The notes under the pieces: generated by a model
Told to the model about the DNA's origin: nothing
What the model saw: the letters and a program-made list of their open reading frames with translations, nothing else
The model's database searches: none
Program-made: the position numbers and the translations under genes
Assembly: GCF_006345805.1 (NCBI RefSeq)
Contig: NC_043000.1
Location: 66,216,001-66,280,000, forward strand
DNA length: 64,000 nt
Direction: 5' to 3'
Source of the DNA: Octopus sinensis
Lineage: Eukaryota
In this document: one piece after another, positions 34,525-48,086 of the stretch
How the letters are laid out: each line of letters begins with the position of its first letter
How positions within the stretch are numbered: the stretch's first letter is position 1

Positions 34525-35059
34525 GCACATGCACACACACACATGCACACACACACACACATGCACACATGTACACACACACCACCACACTCACACAGTG
34601 GGCCTCTTTCAGTTTCTGATTACAAAATCTACTAACCAGGCCTTGATTGACCTGGGGCTATAACAGATGACACTTGCTCAAGATGCCACACAGTGAGACA
34701 GGACCTGAGGTTATATGGTTGGGAAAAAAGCTTCTTAACCACTATGCTTGTGAGTGATTATAAAAAATTATGAATGGCTGTTGTAGTTGTTGTTGAGCCT
34801 GAAGCATAAGAGATGAGGCTGTTATGAGAACTGGCAGCAGTTGAGGAGGAGGTGAGAATCAGCTCCTTCAATTCTCTCAAAACGCATTCTTTTCTTATGT
34901 CCAGCTGGTTGGTAACATGGAATTATTTATGATTTATGTTCTGTTCCAGAGATAAATCTCAAGTCCAGCTGCTATATTGGATTTACTTGAGTGAGATTAA
35001 CAGATAGAAGTCGGATTAACATGGATATCAAATAAAATACAGAAAAAAAAACTCATTCA

Positions 35060-35184
35060 CATACACACACATACGTGTATATGTGGGTGTTTGTGTGTGT
35101 GTATGTATATATTTAAGTACTTATATATATATAAATACATATATATACATGTATGTATGTATATTTTGATATGTATGTGTATTT

Positions 35185-35231
<47 letters not shown>

Positions 35232-35257
35232 TATATATATATCTATATGTATGTATG

Positions 35258-35314
<57 letters not shown>

Positions 35315-35405
35315 ATTTGTGTATATAATATGTATATACATGTAATTTTACAAACATATAAATGTGTATATATATACTCATGTATAATATATATGTATAT
35401 ATAGA
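35060..35405. repeat. (TA)n-rich microsatellite block
   Basis: direct reading; similar blocks at 36075-36345, 45600-46090 and 61790-61868. Confidence 0.95.
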
Positions 35406-36105
35406 TATTAAAACTGGGGAAGGTTGGTTTATGGGATTACCTTAGGTTTCCTGTCCATAAAGGGTTTAGATTTATGGTGTATCATCAGATCCCAAAAATC
35501 TGTTGGGTTTACATACCTACAGATGAATTAAAATGGAAAATGGAAATGATTCACAGAAAAAACAAAAAAACAAAAGACAAGTAAATATGGAAATCCTCTC
35601 ATCAGCCATGGATATTAGGCTAAAAGCACAATTTTGATGCATTTAAAGTTTGAAGACTGTAGATTCCTGGTTACTGTTTTTTTTAGTTGTGTCAGAGATA
35701 TAGGGAATGTGGGAAACAACTTTTCTGCATGGTTCATTTAAGACATGACAATATTCCAGTTTGATTTCCCCTTATTACAGATTTTTCATATTTTCATAAA
35801 GGATCCATATAGTATGTATGCCTGTTTGTTTGTTTGTGTGTATGTGTGATGATTGTAAACAAGTTTCATCATCAAGCATGGGGGTATCCTTTGTTTTCAA
35901 TCTTCTGTGAAACATATTGGATCAAGGGGAAATACAACTTTATTTGGAAACAGGTAAGGGTTGGTTACAGGAAAGGTATCAGGTTGTAAAAAATCTGCCA
36001 CACCAGATTCCATCCTGAGCTCTGTGAGCATTGATGACGACGATAATTTTGATGATGATGTAAGAATTCATGCGTGTGTGTGTATATATATAACATATAC
36101 ATACA

Positions 36106-36180
<75 letters not shown>

Positions 36181-36194
36181 GTATATATTTGTGT

Positions 36195-36251
<57 letters not shown>

Positions 36252-36255
36252 TGTG

Positions 36256-36317
<62 letters not shown>

Positions 36318-37379
36318 TTGTGTATATATATATATATATATGTATATCTTTTACCTTTTACTTGTTTTGGTCATTAGACTGTGGCCATGTTGGGGTACTA
36401 CCTTCAAGAATTTTTAGTTAAACGAATCAAGCCTAGTATTTATTTATTTCTGAGCCTAGTAATTATTCTATCAGTCTTTTTTGCCAAACAACTAAGTTAC
36501 AGGGACGTAAAAACTCTGTTCATCTCCCAGTATGCTCTACTTCATGTAGAGGCTATCTTAGAAGGCACTTGCCTGAAGTGCCATGCAGAAGGATTGAACC
36601 TGGAACCCTGTGGTGAGGAAGCAAGCTTCTTGCTATACAGCCACACCTGTGCCTAGACACACACACACACACACACACACATGTGTATGTATTATGTATG
36701 TATATGTATATATTTTGACATCATAAGAATTTTATTAAATTTTGAGAGGACATGAAATAATTCTTTTTTGAAATAGTATACCTCAAAGCACACATAAAAT
36801 TATAAACAATAGCATGTAAATATTGGTTTGAAAAAAATAATCACCCCCTTTAGAATAGAAACATTGAAAGCAGCTCATGTAACTTGAACCCACATTTATT
36901 GTTAGCATGACATTCAATCTACCATTGGACCAAAGCTATCCATCAATTTCTCCTATCCATTTTAGAGACTTTATTCATTACAGCAAGAATTATATGATGT
37001 TGATGTCATAAGAATTTCATGTTCAAGGTAACATGAAATAGTTCTTTTTTGAGATAATGTATATTGAAGTACACATACTTAAAGCTATAAACAACATGCT
37101 GTTAAAAAAACCTGCATGTTAATACTAACCTATTATGTTTCAGATGGATAGTGTCTCTGAATAATGTACTAAAACTATTTTCTAAATTGAGAAAAAATGG
37201 GCTTTGTCAGGTTTACAAGATAATATCTGATAAATCAACTTAAATCTAAATTAAAACCATATAATTGCCATGTGCAAGTTTATATATCATTTTACTGTCA
37301 ATAACAAGCAGAAATTATTTGAGGTGATTCCTCACCTTCCACTTTATGCTTTTCTTCTTCACTGTCTGTCTGCTGTCAG

Positions 37380-37600
37380 TTTGTCTGTCAGTCTGTCTGT
37401 CTCTCTCACTCTCTCTCTCATAATATTTTCCAGTGCTCTCTCTCTCTCTCTCCCTCTCTCCCTCCCTCCCTCTCCCTCTCTCCTTCTCTCCCTCCCTCCC
37501 TCTCCCTCTCTCCTTCTCTCCCTCCCTCCCTCTCCCTCTCTACTTCTCTCCCTCTCTCTCCCTCCTCAGCGAGAGAAACAGAATTCAATACATGAAATAG

Positions 37601-37656
<56 letters not shown>

Positions 37657-37710
37657 ACACACATACACACACACACACACATATATGTATGTATGTATGT
37701 ATGTATGTAT
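37380..37710. repeat. (CT)/(CCCT)-rich polypyrimidine tract followed by (CA)n and (TATG)n
   Basis: direct reading. Confidence 0.9.
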
Positions 37711-37977
37711 ATTTATATCATTATTAGTTAGCTGTAATGACAGCAAGGTGGCAGAGTTGTTTGCATTCTGAATGCAAATACTACCAAGGTTAACTTTTCC
37801 TTTCGGGGTCCAGTTTTTTTGTTTTTTTTGATTTGATGGAAGGGTCTTAGTCAATTAGATCTAATCCACTAAACCCACCACCAAAATTTCTGGCCTTATG
37901 TCTCTTATAGAGAGGATTATTATTTAACTGCATAAGTGATTCAAGGATTAAGAATTTGGTGTATGGCATTTATTATA

Positions 37978-38399
37978 GGCGCAGGAGTGGCTGTGTGGTA
38001 AGTAGCTTGCTAACCAACCACATGGTTCCGGGTTCAGTCCCACTGCATGGCATCTTGGGCCAGTGTCTTCTAACTATAGCCTCGGGCCGACCAATGCCTT
38101 GTGAGTGGATTTGGTAGACGGAAACTGAAAGAAGCCTGTCGTATATATGTATATATATATATGTATGTGTGTGTGTGTTTATGTGTCTGTGTTTGTCCCC
38201 CCTAGCATTGCTTGACAACCGATGCTGGTGTGCTTACGTCCCCATTACTTAGCGGTTCGGCAAAAGAGACCGATAGAATAAGTACTGGGCTTACAAAAGA
38301 ATAAGTCCCGGGGTCGAGTTGCTCGATTAAAGGCGGTGCTCCAGCATGGCCGCAGTCAAATGACTGAAACAAGTAAAAGAGTAAAGAGAGTAAAGAGAG
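37978..38399 (+). mobile_element. best-preserved full-length tRNA-derived SINE
   Basis: A-box TGGCTGTGTGG, B-box GGTTCAGTCCC, internal microsatellite, (GTAAAAGA)-like tail, CpGs largely intact. Confidence 0.92.
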
Positions 38400-39359
38400 A
38401 TCTGAAGATTTTTGAAAATGGCAAGGAATTTCAATAAGTTTACCCATGTTGAAGGACTGGACAGTTCATGTACTAAAATATTCCTTGAATACCTTAGTTT
38501 GGATACCATCCTGTATTGTTTCTGTATTATTTTAATTTGTAATTTGTTTTTCTTCTCAACTTTGACTGACAGACCACTTTACTGAAATTTACTATTGTAT
38601 CTTCCTTCATTATACATTGCAAATATTTAGAGCATGTCAAGAGTGAGCTGAGTCAGTGACATACTTTTGTATCCCAGCTGGAATCATTTCTAATCATTTA
38701 CATCACTAATGTTCTTAGAACATCATAAATATCACAACACCCATTCACAATATCACAGCACAAATGCTTCTTCCTAACCTGAATTCAATAGAGCTAAACA
38801 CGCATTACTGTACGTCTCTGATTCTGAAAACAGAAGTAGGAAATGCTGATATCTTATGTTTCATTCAGTTTTTCACACTCTATTATGGAATAAATTGAAT
38901 CAACAAAATTTTAATCAATATTTACAATTCTAATTGCAAAGTTGTTTTTTAATTTTTGTCAAAAGTTTGCATTTTTAATCTTGACAGTTCTTTGACATGT
39001 CTCTTAAGAAAAAAGAAATCAAACTTAAATTTTGAATTGAAATTGGGGAATATTAAATTATGACGGAAATGATGCTGTGCACAATTGAGCATAAGAATTA
39101 ATTAATTCTATATCTGCATATATTTCTAAGTTTACAGGGATCTTATGTGAGCCTCATTCAATTTCAATACAGTCATGATGCTTATATGCTCTCAGGCAAT
39201 ATATCTAATCAATATTTTCAAAAACACAAAAGATGAATGAGATTTAGTTTAATTACCAGAATAGCTGTGAAAAATTATATGAAGAAAATAATTTTTCTGA
39301 TGCTAGAAATTTGGTATCTTCTAAGAAATTGTTTAATAAATTTATTGAAGGACATTAAT

Positions 39360-39950
39360 AGCGCAGGCATGGTTATGTAGTTAAGAATTTTGCTTCCCAA
39401 CTATGTGGTCTTAGATTCAGTACCACTGCACAGCATCTTGAGCAAGTGTCTTTTACTCTTGTCCCAGGCAGCCCAAAGCCTTGTGAGTGAACTTTTGTAA
39501 TCAGAAATTAAAAGATATGTGTGTGTGTGTGTGTGTGTTTGTCTGCCACCACTGCTTGACAACTGCTGTCAGTTTGTTAACATCCCCATAACTTAGTGGT
39601 TTAGCAAAGTAAATCAGTAGAATAAGTACTGGGTTAAAGTGGCGAGTTGGTAGAAATGTTAGCATGCCGAACAATATGCTTAGCGGTATTTCATCTGTCT
39701 TATGTTCTGAGTTCAAATTCTGCCAAGGTCAACTTTGCCTTTCATCCTTTCGGGGTCGATAAATTAAGTACCAGTTGCATACTGGGGTTGATCTAATCAA
39801 CTGGCCCCCTCCCCCAAAATTTCGAGCCTTGTGCCTAGAGTAGAAAAGAATAAGTACTGGGTTAACTTTCCAACTTAGACCATCAATGCAGTGTCCCAGC
39901 ATGGCAGAAGTCCAATGATTGAAATAAGTAATAAATAGAAAAATAAAAGA
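39360..39950 (+). mobile_element. SINE with a second-family SINE nested inside (39638-39846)
   Basis: 19-bp TSD AGAATAAGTACTGGGTTAA at 39619-39637 and 39847-39865. Confidence 0.88.
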
Positions 39951-40215
39951 TGCAGAAATTGCATAGTGCAGGTGGGTAAGTGAAGGATCAGCTCTATAAT
40001 AATCATCAGCAGATTCATTGGTGGTTTCTAAGTTCACAGAGGACCTTTAAACTGTTTTTTTTCTTTTTGAGACATACTACTGCAACACAATTGCCAACAA
40101 TACAAATGAGTGAATGAGGAACCTTCATAGTTACTCAATCAGCCAAGTCTCACTCAACTCATAAAACACTAATATTAAAAATAAAAAGATAAAGTGCATT
40201 GGACACTATAGTTTC

Positions 40216-40507
40216 AATACAGAGAATGTTATATTAGTGATAGACTTTGATGATAGGTGTACTGGATAAGGTTCATCAGGGGCTGCTGAATACAGAGAAT
40301 GTTATATTGGTGATAGACTTTGATGATAGGTGTACTGGATAAGGTTCATCAGGGGCTGCTGAATACAGAGAATGTTATATTGGTGATAGACTTTGATAAT
40401 AGGTTTGCTGGATAAGGTTCATCAGGGGCTGCTGAATACAGAGAATGTTATATTGGTGATAGACTTTGATGACAGGTTTGCTGGATAAGGTTCACCAGGG
40501 TCTGCTG
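40216..40507 (+). repeat. 4 x 73-bp tandem repeat
   Basis: AATACAGAGAATG starts at 40216, 40289, 40362 and 40435. Confidence 0.95.
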
Positions 40508-41263
40508 GTGCTACTGTTGTAACTGTTACAACGACAATAACAAAACAGTAGTTTTTAAAAAAGTGAAAATATATTTTTTATATGTATATGTTACAAAATT
40601 CATAGACAACAGGTGGATCCATGCAGTTGCTGAGTGGTACCCAAGAGATCAGAAAAGGTCACTAAGAAGACCTCCATGACAATGGGAGGTCAATTTAGTG
40701 AAATGATTGGGCCAAGAGAGAAAAGAAGGGCACAAAGAATTCACAGGGCATCGTAAATAGTGGTGTATAATAACATTTAGCTGTCTGGTCAACACAGTGT
40801 TACAGTGCTTATATTGTAATTAATCTATACAGTTTCCATCTATCAAATTCTACTCAGAAAGTCCTAGTAAACCTAAGACTATGATAGAAGACACTTTATC
40901 AAATAATAAAAACAACTGGTGCACTTTGCATAGAAAATTTATAAGAAAAACATGTTTTAAAATTTAAAATTTATAGGAAGTGCAGAAAACAATTGCATGC
41001 CTTGTTTCATTAATCATAGCTGTGTATGATAGAACAGAATTTTTCAAGATGTTCAAACAGTAGGTATTTTCTAATGCCTTAAATTTTTAAAATCTGCTGT
41101 GCCCTCTGAAAGCCCTGGTGGAGTACTGTTTGAGAACTACTGGGAGAGGCACAAAACAGTTCTGGGTACAGCAGAGTTAACAGAATTATGTTAGAGAAGG
41201 TCACATCTCTATATGATGTAAGTGTATGTTCTGACAGGAAATTTTCAGCCTAAAAGTTGATGG

Positions 41264-41272
41264 AGAGAGAGA

Positions 41273-41345
<73 letters not shown>
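41264..41345. repeat. (AG)n microsatellite
   Basis: direct reading. Confidence 0.95.
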
Positions 41346-41346
<1 letters not shown>

Positions 41347-41899
41347 ATATATGCCATTAGTTCTTTTTAGGAGCTTTTTATAGCTGACATGGTTGAATAC
41401 TTTGCTGACATCAAGAGCATTGACATTGCTCTTGATGCAATGTCAATGGATTATCATGTTCATCTCCAGAAATTGCAGTAGCAGTCACTAAGGAGTGAAC
41501 GCTATTCAAGATGATAAATGTGATGACAGTTCCTACCACCTTTGAGATATTGGAAATTAGAGTGATTAAGGGTATGGGTGATCGTCTCTTTTTGTTGATG
41601 TGAATTGGACAGAAAATGAACAGCAAATGTGATGAATTCATTGAGAGAAGTATGACTTAATGAGCAATTTTGATTGAGGAATAGAACACTGGAGATTCAG
41701 TAAAGTTTGTAAAGATTCTTTTGATCAATAAATATGAATGCAATTTTAGAGCAAGAGAGCTTTCAGTCCATGCGGTGCATGACGGCATCATTGGTTTTTA
41801 TTATACTTATGTTGCAAGTGTTACTGATCGTGGAAGATTTTCTGAAGGTGTCATAACTTGGAGGAATTTGCAGCAGTGAACTTTTATTGCTTGAGAAAT

Positions 41900-42365
41900 A
41901 TTGAGGTACATATCAAAGTGGATGGTTTCAGTTTCTTGCTTTCGTGTCTTGGATGCAACGGAAGGAAGTACATTTGTTGTCAAATGTAATCATCTTAGTA
42001 TTATCAAGGGGTTCTAATCAGTTAGGTAACTGTTATAATGTGGATCCTTGACCACTTGTATGTTATTGTCAGCACTGTAATATTCTTGTCACCACTATAA
42101 TGTTGTGGCAGTATTCCACGTCTTATTATCTTTGACTCATCTATAATGCTATTGCTGATAGCTCCATGTCTTATTACCTTTGACTCATCTATCGTACTAT
42201 TACTGATGGCTCTGCAAGACAATGACTTTGAAACGTCTACCTTGATGGTAACATGAACTCCTGACTCCAACTGAAAATTCGTACAACTCTACTACTACTG
42301 ACTTCCTACAATGACTGTCTTACTTTATAGTGTCACATGGGAAGGAGTGTATCATTTTCACTACA
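41900..42365 (-). repeat. candidate 3' LTR of the old Gypsy (left boundary uncertain)
   Basis: Minus-strand purine tract AAAAGGGAAGA followed by TGTAG at 42365. Confidence 0.4.
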
Positions 42366-44820
42366 ATATCTTCCCTTTTAGTTTTTTTAGATATTTCTTT
42401 GGGAAGTAAGTAATTTTATTTTACTTTATTCACCCCTCCTCCCTTTTTAGCATTTTTTTCAACTTAATATTTTTTTCTTTTTGGCATCTGTTAGTAGGAA
42501 CTCTGTGTTCTTCCTTTTTCTTCTTCTTGTATATGTTAGTTCAATCACCTGTAACAGTGTTGGTACCTGGAATGTATCATACAGCCATTCCTTAGGTTCT
42601 TCTAATCTGTCTGGTTCATTTTCTATGAATCTCTTCTTCAATTGATTTCTGAGTCTTTTTTCAATACCCTTTCTACTTTTAATACCATACATAATTTTTC
42701 CTATGTACTTTGTAATTTTGCTTTCTTCCCAGTACTGTTTTCCATTTTAATATAACCTCATGTACACCTTATCATCTATTTTGAAAAATTTTGGATTGCC
42801 TTTCCTGGTACTCTTCCTTTCCTTGCCAGGTAACAGTTTATCAAAAATTGATTTCACCTTCCTTGTGAACATTAGTTCTGTTGGTGAGCTTCCTGCTAGT
42901 GTATTGGGGTTTAGTGTCCCCTGTATACCCTTAGGAATTGTTGCAGAGTGAATTTGTCTGTGATTTCCTTGTTTGCATTCTCAAAGTGCTTTTAAAAGTG
43001 TCCTCAAAATGCTCTGCCCATCCATTTGATCTGGGATGGTAAGGCGCTATCATTTTATGTTCTACCGTTAACATTTTGCAGAATTTTCTAAATTAACTGG
43101 ACACAAATTGTGTTCCATAATCAGATACAATCACATCTGGGATGCCAAATCTTGCAAATAATTTGTGAAAAAAGTTTATTACCGTTTTGAAGGTTGGTCT
43201 TTTGCACTTAACAATTTCTGGCCATTTTGTAAAACTGCCAACTACTACCATTTAATGGATCTGCAAAATCGATATGTAGTCTTGACCATGGACTTTTTAC
43301 TTCTGACCAAGGCTCCCATTTTTGAGTAAGCAATTTCGCTGCCAGAGCACATCCTCTGCAGCTTTTTACTACATTTTCAACTTCCTTCTCCATCTTCAGC
43401 CAATACACATAACTGCACATTAGTGCTTTCATTGTTGCGATCCCCAGATGTCCAATATGGAATTCTTTCAACTTTCTTTTTTGTAAAGTCTCAAGTATCA
43501 CTACCCTTTGGCCCTACACCAGTACACCATCGCATGTTGAATATATGTTTACTTGTTGCTGTTTCTTTTTCAAACCTATTTTTGTTTTCTTTAGCTAACC
43601 ATAGAGTTTTTTGTTTCATTAATGAACTTATCTTTTGACATGTGTCACTTTCTCTCTCACAAAGTTATTGGTAACTCATGTACAATGTTCTACATTATGT
43701 GTTTAATTTCCCCTTTGGCTCTCAGGGCTGCTATTACTGGGTCCTCAAATGGTTTGCCATTTCTGGATATGAAGCTGGATAGGCCATCAGCATATCCTAG
43801 CTTTTTTGAAGGTAAATATTCCATTGTGTAGTTGTAGTTTACTAGTATGGTGCCTCATTGCTGAAACCTGTTTGCTGTATGTACTGGGATTGCTTTCTTA
43901 GATCCATAAATCATCAGCAACAGGCAATGATCTGCTTGTAGTCTAAACTGTCAACCATGTATAAACCCGTGGAACTTTTTTATGCCAAATATAATTGCCA
44001 ATGCCTCTTTTTCAATTTTGGCTATAATTTTTTTCTACTGGCAATAGTGTCCTTGATGCATGAGCTATGGCCTTTTGGCTGCCATCTTTGCACTTGTGTA
44101 GGAGTACAGCACCTACCTTGTATTCACTAGCATCTGTTGCCAGTATCGTTTCCAACTTCGGATCAAAGTGTGTAAGCAACAAGTCTGATGTTAACATGCC
44201 TTTTAGTTCCTCAAATGTCTTCTGGCATTCTTCTGTCCAAAATCATTTGGCATCCTTTTTTAATAGCTCATTTAGTGGAGCCCTTGTGTTGTGTACGTTT
44301 GGGATATATACTTGATAGTAGTTTACCAAGCCTAAAAATGCTTGTAACAATTTGATGTTAATTGGCGGAGGCATATTCCGTATTGCCATCGCTCTTGATG
44401 GGTCTAGCCTTTGTCCCCTTTCATCAATTACTTGACCTAAATATTTGATTTTTTCATCAAAAATTCACACTTTTCCTCTGTTGGCCTAAACCCATATTCA
44501 TTTACTTTCCTGAATACATTTTTAATATGTTCAAAGTGTTGCTCCACTGACTCACTCTTTATTAAAATATCAACAAGTGATAGCGAAGTTGCAATCATTT
44601 AGCATTGTGTCCATCACTTGTTGGAATATGGCAGGTGCCACTTTTACTCCGAAAGGAAACTGCTTGAATTTTACAACCCATGGCATGTGTTGATTGTTAA
44701 AAGGTGTATGCAACCTTCCTCTACCTGTATCTGTAGATAGGCCCCTGAGAGGTCTAATTTCTAGAACATTTTTCTCCATTTAGTTTTGAGAACATTTCTG
44801 GGCTTGGTAATGGATAATTG
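42366..44820 (-). mobile_element. old degenerate Ty3/Gypsy pol (RT, RNase H, integrase)
   Basis: Fragments QFPFGVKVAPAIFQQVMD, LTHFDPKLETILATDAS, HIGHLG...CRGC, PWSRLHIDFA; many stops and frameshifts. Confidence 0.92.
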
Positions 44821-44826
44821 AAAAAA

Positions 44827-45032
44827 AAAGTAGTGAGGAAAGGCAAACAATTAGGCAGTTTAGGACAAGGACATTTAATTTCATTTAATTCAATCTAAAA
44901 TTTAGCTACATAATGAATAGTAAAAATAATAGCTAAATTTTAGATTTAAAATTTAAAATTTTAGTTGGAATTAAATGAAATTAAATGTCCTTGTCCTGCA
45001 TTGTCTAATTGTTTACCTTTCCTCACTACTTT
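44827..45032. mobile_element. foldback/MITE-like palindromic element
   Basis: About 64-bp imperfect outer arms plus a 17-bp inner inverted pair. Confidence 0.75.
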
Positions 45033-45662
45033 AACCTATACCTACTGACTCAAAGGGATGCTACCTTTAGCCACTTTTGAACAAGACAATCACACAACCA
45101 CAACTTCACAACATCACCCACTGTTTTAACTGGAATTTTGGTGGCACACTGATTTGAGCACTCAGAACACATACCTATTAGTTTGAGGCATCTTAACAAA
45201 AACTCCTTATATCCTCTCTCTCTCTCTATCAAATGGGTGTACTATAAAACTATTTCGCACATACAATAACAAAAAAACAAACAGCAGAAGTATCATGGTT
45301 AGATCATAGGTCTACTCAGTCAGGATTAACCTGGAACAAATAAACAACAATCTGAATAATAATTTTTTTATTTGAGGAGTTATTTATAGATTTAAGGGAT
45401 GCTGCTACATAAGTATCTTTCAAATGCCTTCCTTAATAACATACTATCTCAATAGAGGGTACTTCAACATACAAATACACAAGTACCCTCTAAATACCTT
45501 TCTTAAAGAAATTAAAGACAGCTAATACAAGATGTAAACTGACACCATCAGATGAATGTAATCTTCCACCAGGAATCTCGGTGAGAGAGGATTCCACGAA
45601 ATACACACACACACATAGATGTGTGTGTGTGTGTGTGTGTGTATTAATATATATTATATATG

Positions 45663-45696
<34 letters not shown>

Positions 45697-45789
45697 AAAG
45701 TAGATAAATGGTACAACAAGGTACCAATATATATATATATATATATATATTGTATGTATATATATATAATATATGTATATATATGTATA

Positions 45790-45894
<105 letters not shown>

Positions 45895-45912
45895 GTATAT
45901 ATATGTATATAT

Positions 45913-45961
<49 letters not shown>

Positions 45962-46091
45962 GGCCGCAGCTCTGAGCTGAAACAAAAGAAAAAATATATA
46001 TATGCATATATATATATATATATACACACACAATATGTATATATATATATGTACATACAAACACACACACACACACACATATATACACACA

Positions 46092-47455
46092 CAGGGGTTG
46101 GACAAAATAATGGAAACATCTTAAAATTTTAAACAAATTTATTTTAATATGGGGTAAGACTGCCTTTGGCAGTAATTACAGCTTGAATTCCATGAGGTAT
46201 GGATTCGTACAAAGTTTGAATTGTTTCCAAAGGAATTTTTGTCCATTTTTCAGTTAAAATAGTCTAAAGTTCTTGTGGTGATGATGGTGGAGGATATCAA
46301 CTCCTTGTTTTTCTAAAATGCACCATAAATGTTTAATAATATTGAGATCTGGGGACTGTGGTGGCCAGATAAGATGTTCAACTTCACTAGAATGTTCCTC
46401 GTGCCATTCAGTAACAACTTTAGCTGTGTGAATTGGTGTATTATCATCCTGAAAGGTTGCATTTTCCCCCAGAAACATTTCCACAACCATAGGATAAATT
46501 TGATCAGATAAAATGCTTAAATAGTCTTGACTATTAATTCTGCCATGAAGGGAAACCATTGGGCCGGCAAATTTCTGAGATATAGCTTCCCCCCGTCCCC
46601 GATCATCACAGATCCTCTGCCATGTTTGACAGTTGGAAGAAGGCAGTCTGGGTCAAATGCTTCTTTTGGCTGTCTCCACATGTATGCTCAGCCAGTCGTC
46701 AGAAATAAGGTAAAGGATGACTTGTCCAAGAAAATAACATTCTTCCACTGCTCTAGGGACCAATTCTGTAGGTTTTTACTTCACTCTAAATGCTTTGCAA
46801 CATTTGTTTTTGAAAGTAGTGGTTTTCTCATTGCAGCCCTCCCATGAAATCCAGCTTTGTGCAGCTTCCATCAAACAGTTTTTGTTGAAACTGGGTTTTC
46901 AAGGTGGTCATTAAGCTCTGCAGTAATTTTGGGAGTTATAAAAGCAAAAATCAGTTAGTCACTTTGGTTACAACTCAGTTAGTGAGAACGGACTCTGACT
47001 GACTGGCTAGAACAACTATGGCATTTCTCCAATGAAGCAGTTGTTTCGTCCCACACTCTGCCACTCTCACTAGCTCTAATTCTGTTCTCTTACAACATCA
47101 TTCTCTCTCTCTCTCTCTCTCTGTAATTGCTACTAAATAATGATGAGATCACAAACACAAACTATGCAAGGAAAATCTACATCTATCTTTACTTTGCATG
47201 CTTTATGATTTTATCACCTGCCCGTCAAGGCAAGGTATTGTATAATGTAACGGCAAATAAATATTTTCTTCACAACTTCAATCACTGTTCTTTCATCTTT
47301 ACATAATGGCAATCAATGAAGAATCAATTCTTTACACACTGATTACGATGCCGATATCTCATATTATTGCTTACAAATTAATATCTTCCGTTAAAGATAT
47401 TTCAAAATTATGATGCTATGATGCTAAGTGTTTCCATTATTTTGTCCAACCCCTG
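46092..47455 (-). mobile_element. Tc1-like DNA transposon, degenerate
   Basis: 27-bp TIRs CAGGGGTTGGACAAAATAATGGAAACA; transposase FQDDNTPIH and WPPQSPDLN; sits in TA/CA microsatellite. Confidence 0.92.
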
Positions 47456-47470
47456 TATATATATATATAT

Positions 47471-47501
<31 letters not shown>

Positions 47502-47529
47502 TACATACATGACCATACCAGTGCAGTTA

Positions 47530-48082
47530 TCTCTCTTGCACACCACATCTGATTCCTCTTATGTCTAACTTTTTTTGCATTTCTACCTACACCTTTTCTA
47601 CATTTTGAGCAGGGCCATCTACCTGAAGGGATTTGTGATTTGTCTGCCTTCCTACTTACTATGACTTTGGTTTTTGCTAGGTTAACTCTAAAGCCCTTTG
47701 ATTCTAGACCTTACCTCCTTACCTGAAACTTCTCTAGTTTGAATAGTGATTCAGCTATAAGAACATGCATAGAGGAGCGCCCAAGGGCAACCTGTCTTGA
47801 ATTCCTTTTATTGCCTGGAGGACTATGATGAACAAGCGAGGGCTGAGCACCGATCCTTAGTGAACCCCTACTTGTACACTGAATTGTTCGCTGTACACAT
47901 TGGTAGCATCCCTGTACAAGGCTTGTATGGCTCTCACCAACCACTTGTCTATCCCTAGTTTCTGCATTGATCACCAGATAAGGGATCAGGGGACTCTGAC
48001 AAAAGCTTTCTCCAAGTCAACACAAGCCAAGTACAGAAGTTTATCTTTGACTAGGTATTTTTCCTGCAGTTGCCTTATCAGA
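47530..48082 (-). mobile_element. RTE-clade LINE RT fragment
   Basis: VDLEKAFVRVP...IDKWLVRAIQALYRDA; homologous to 58530-59030. Confidence 0.8.
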
Positions 48083-48086
48083 AATG

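Noticed and set aside
34766-34930. Ser/Thr-rich minus-strand open stretch (about 55 codons)
   Set aside because: No start or convincing splice sites, and no recognisable homology.
37978-38045. tRNA gene
   Set aside because: A/B boxes belong to a SINE head that continues into SINE body; no complete cloverleaf.
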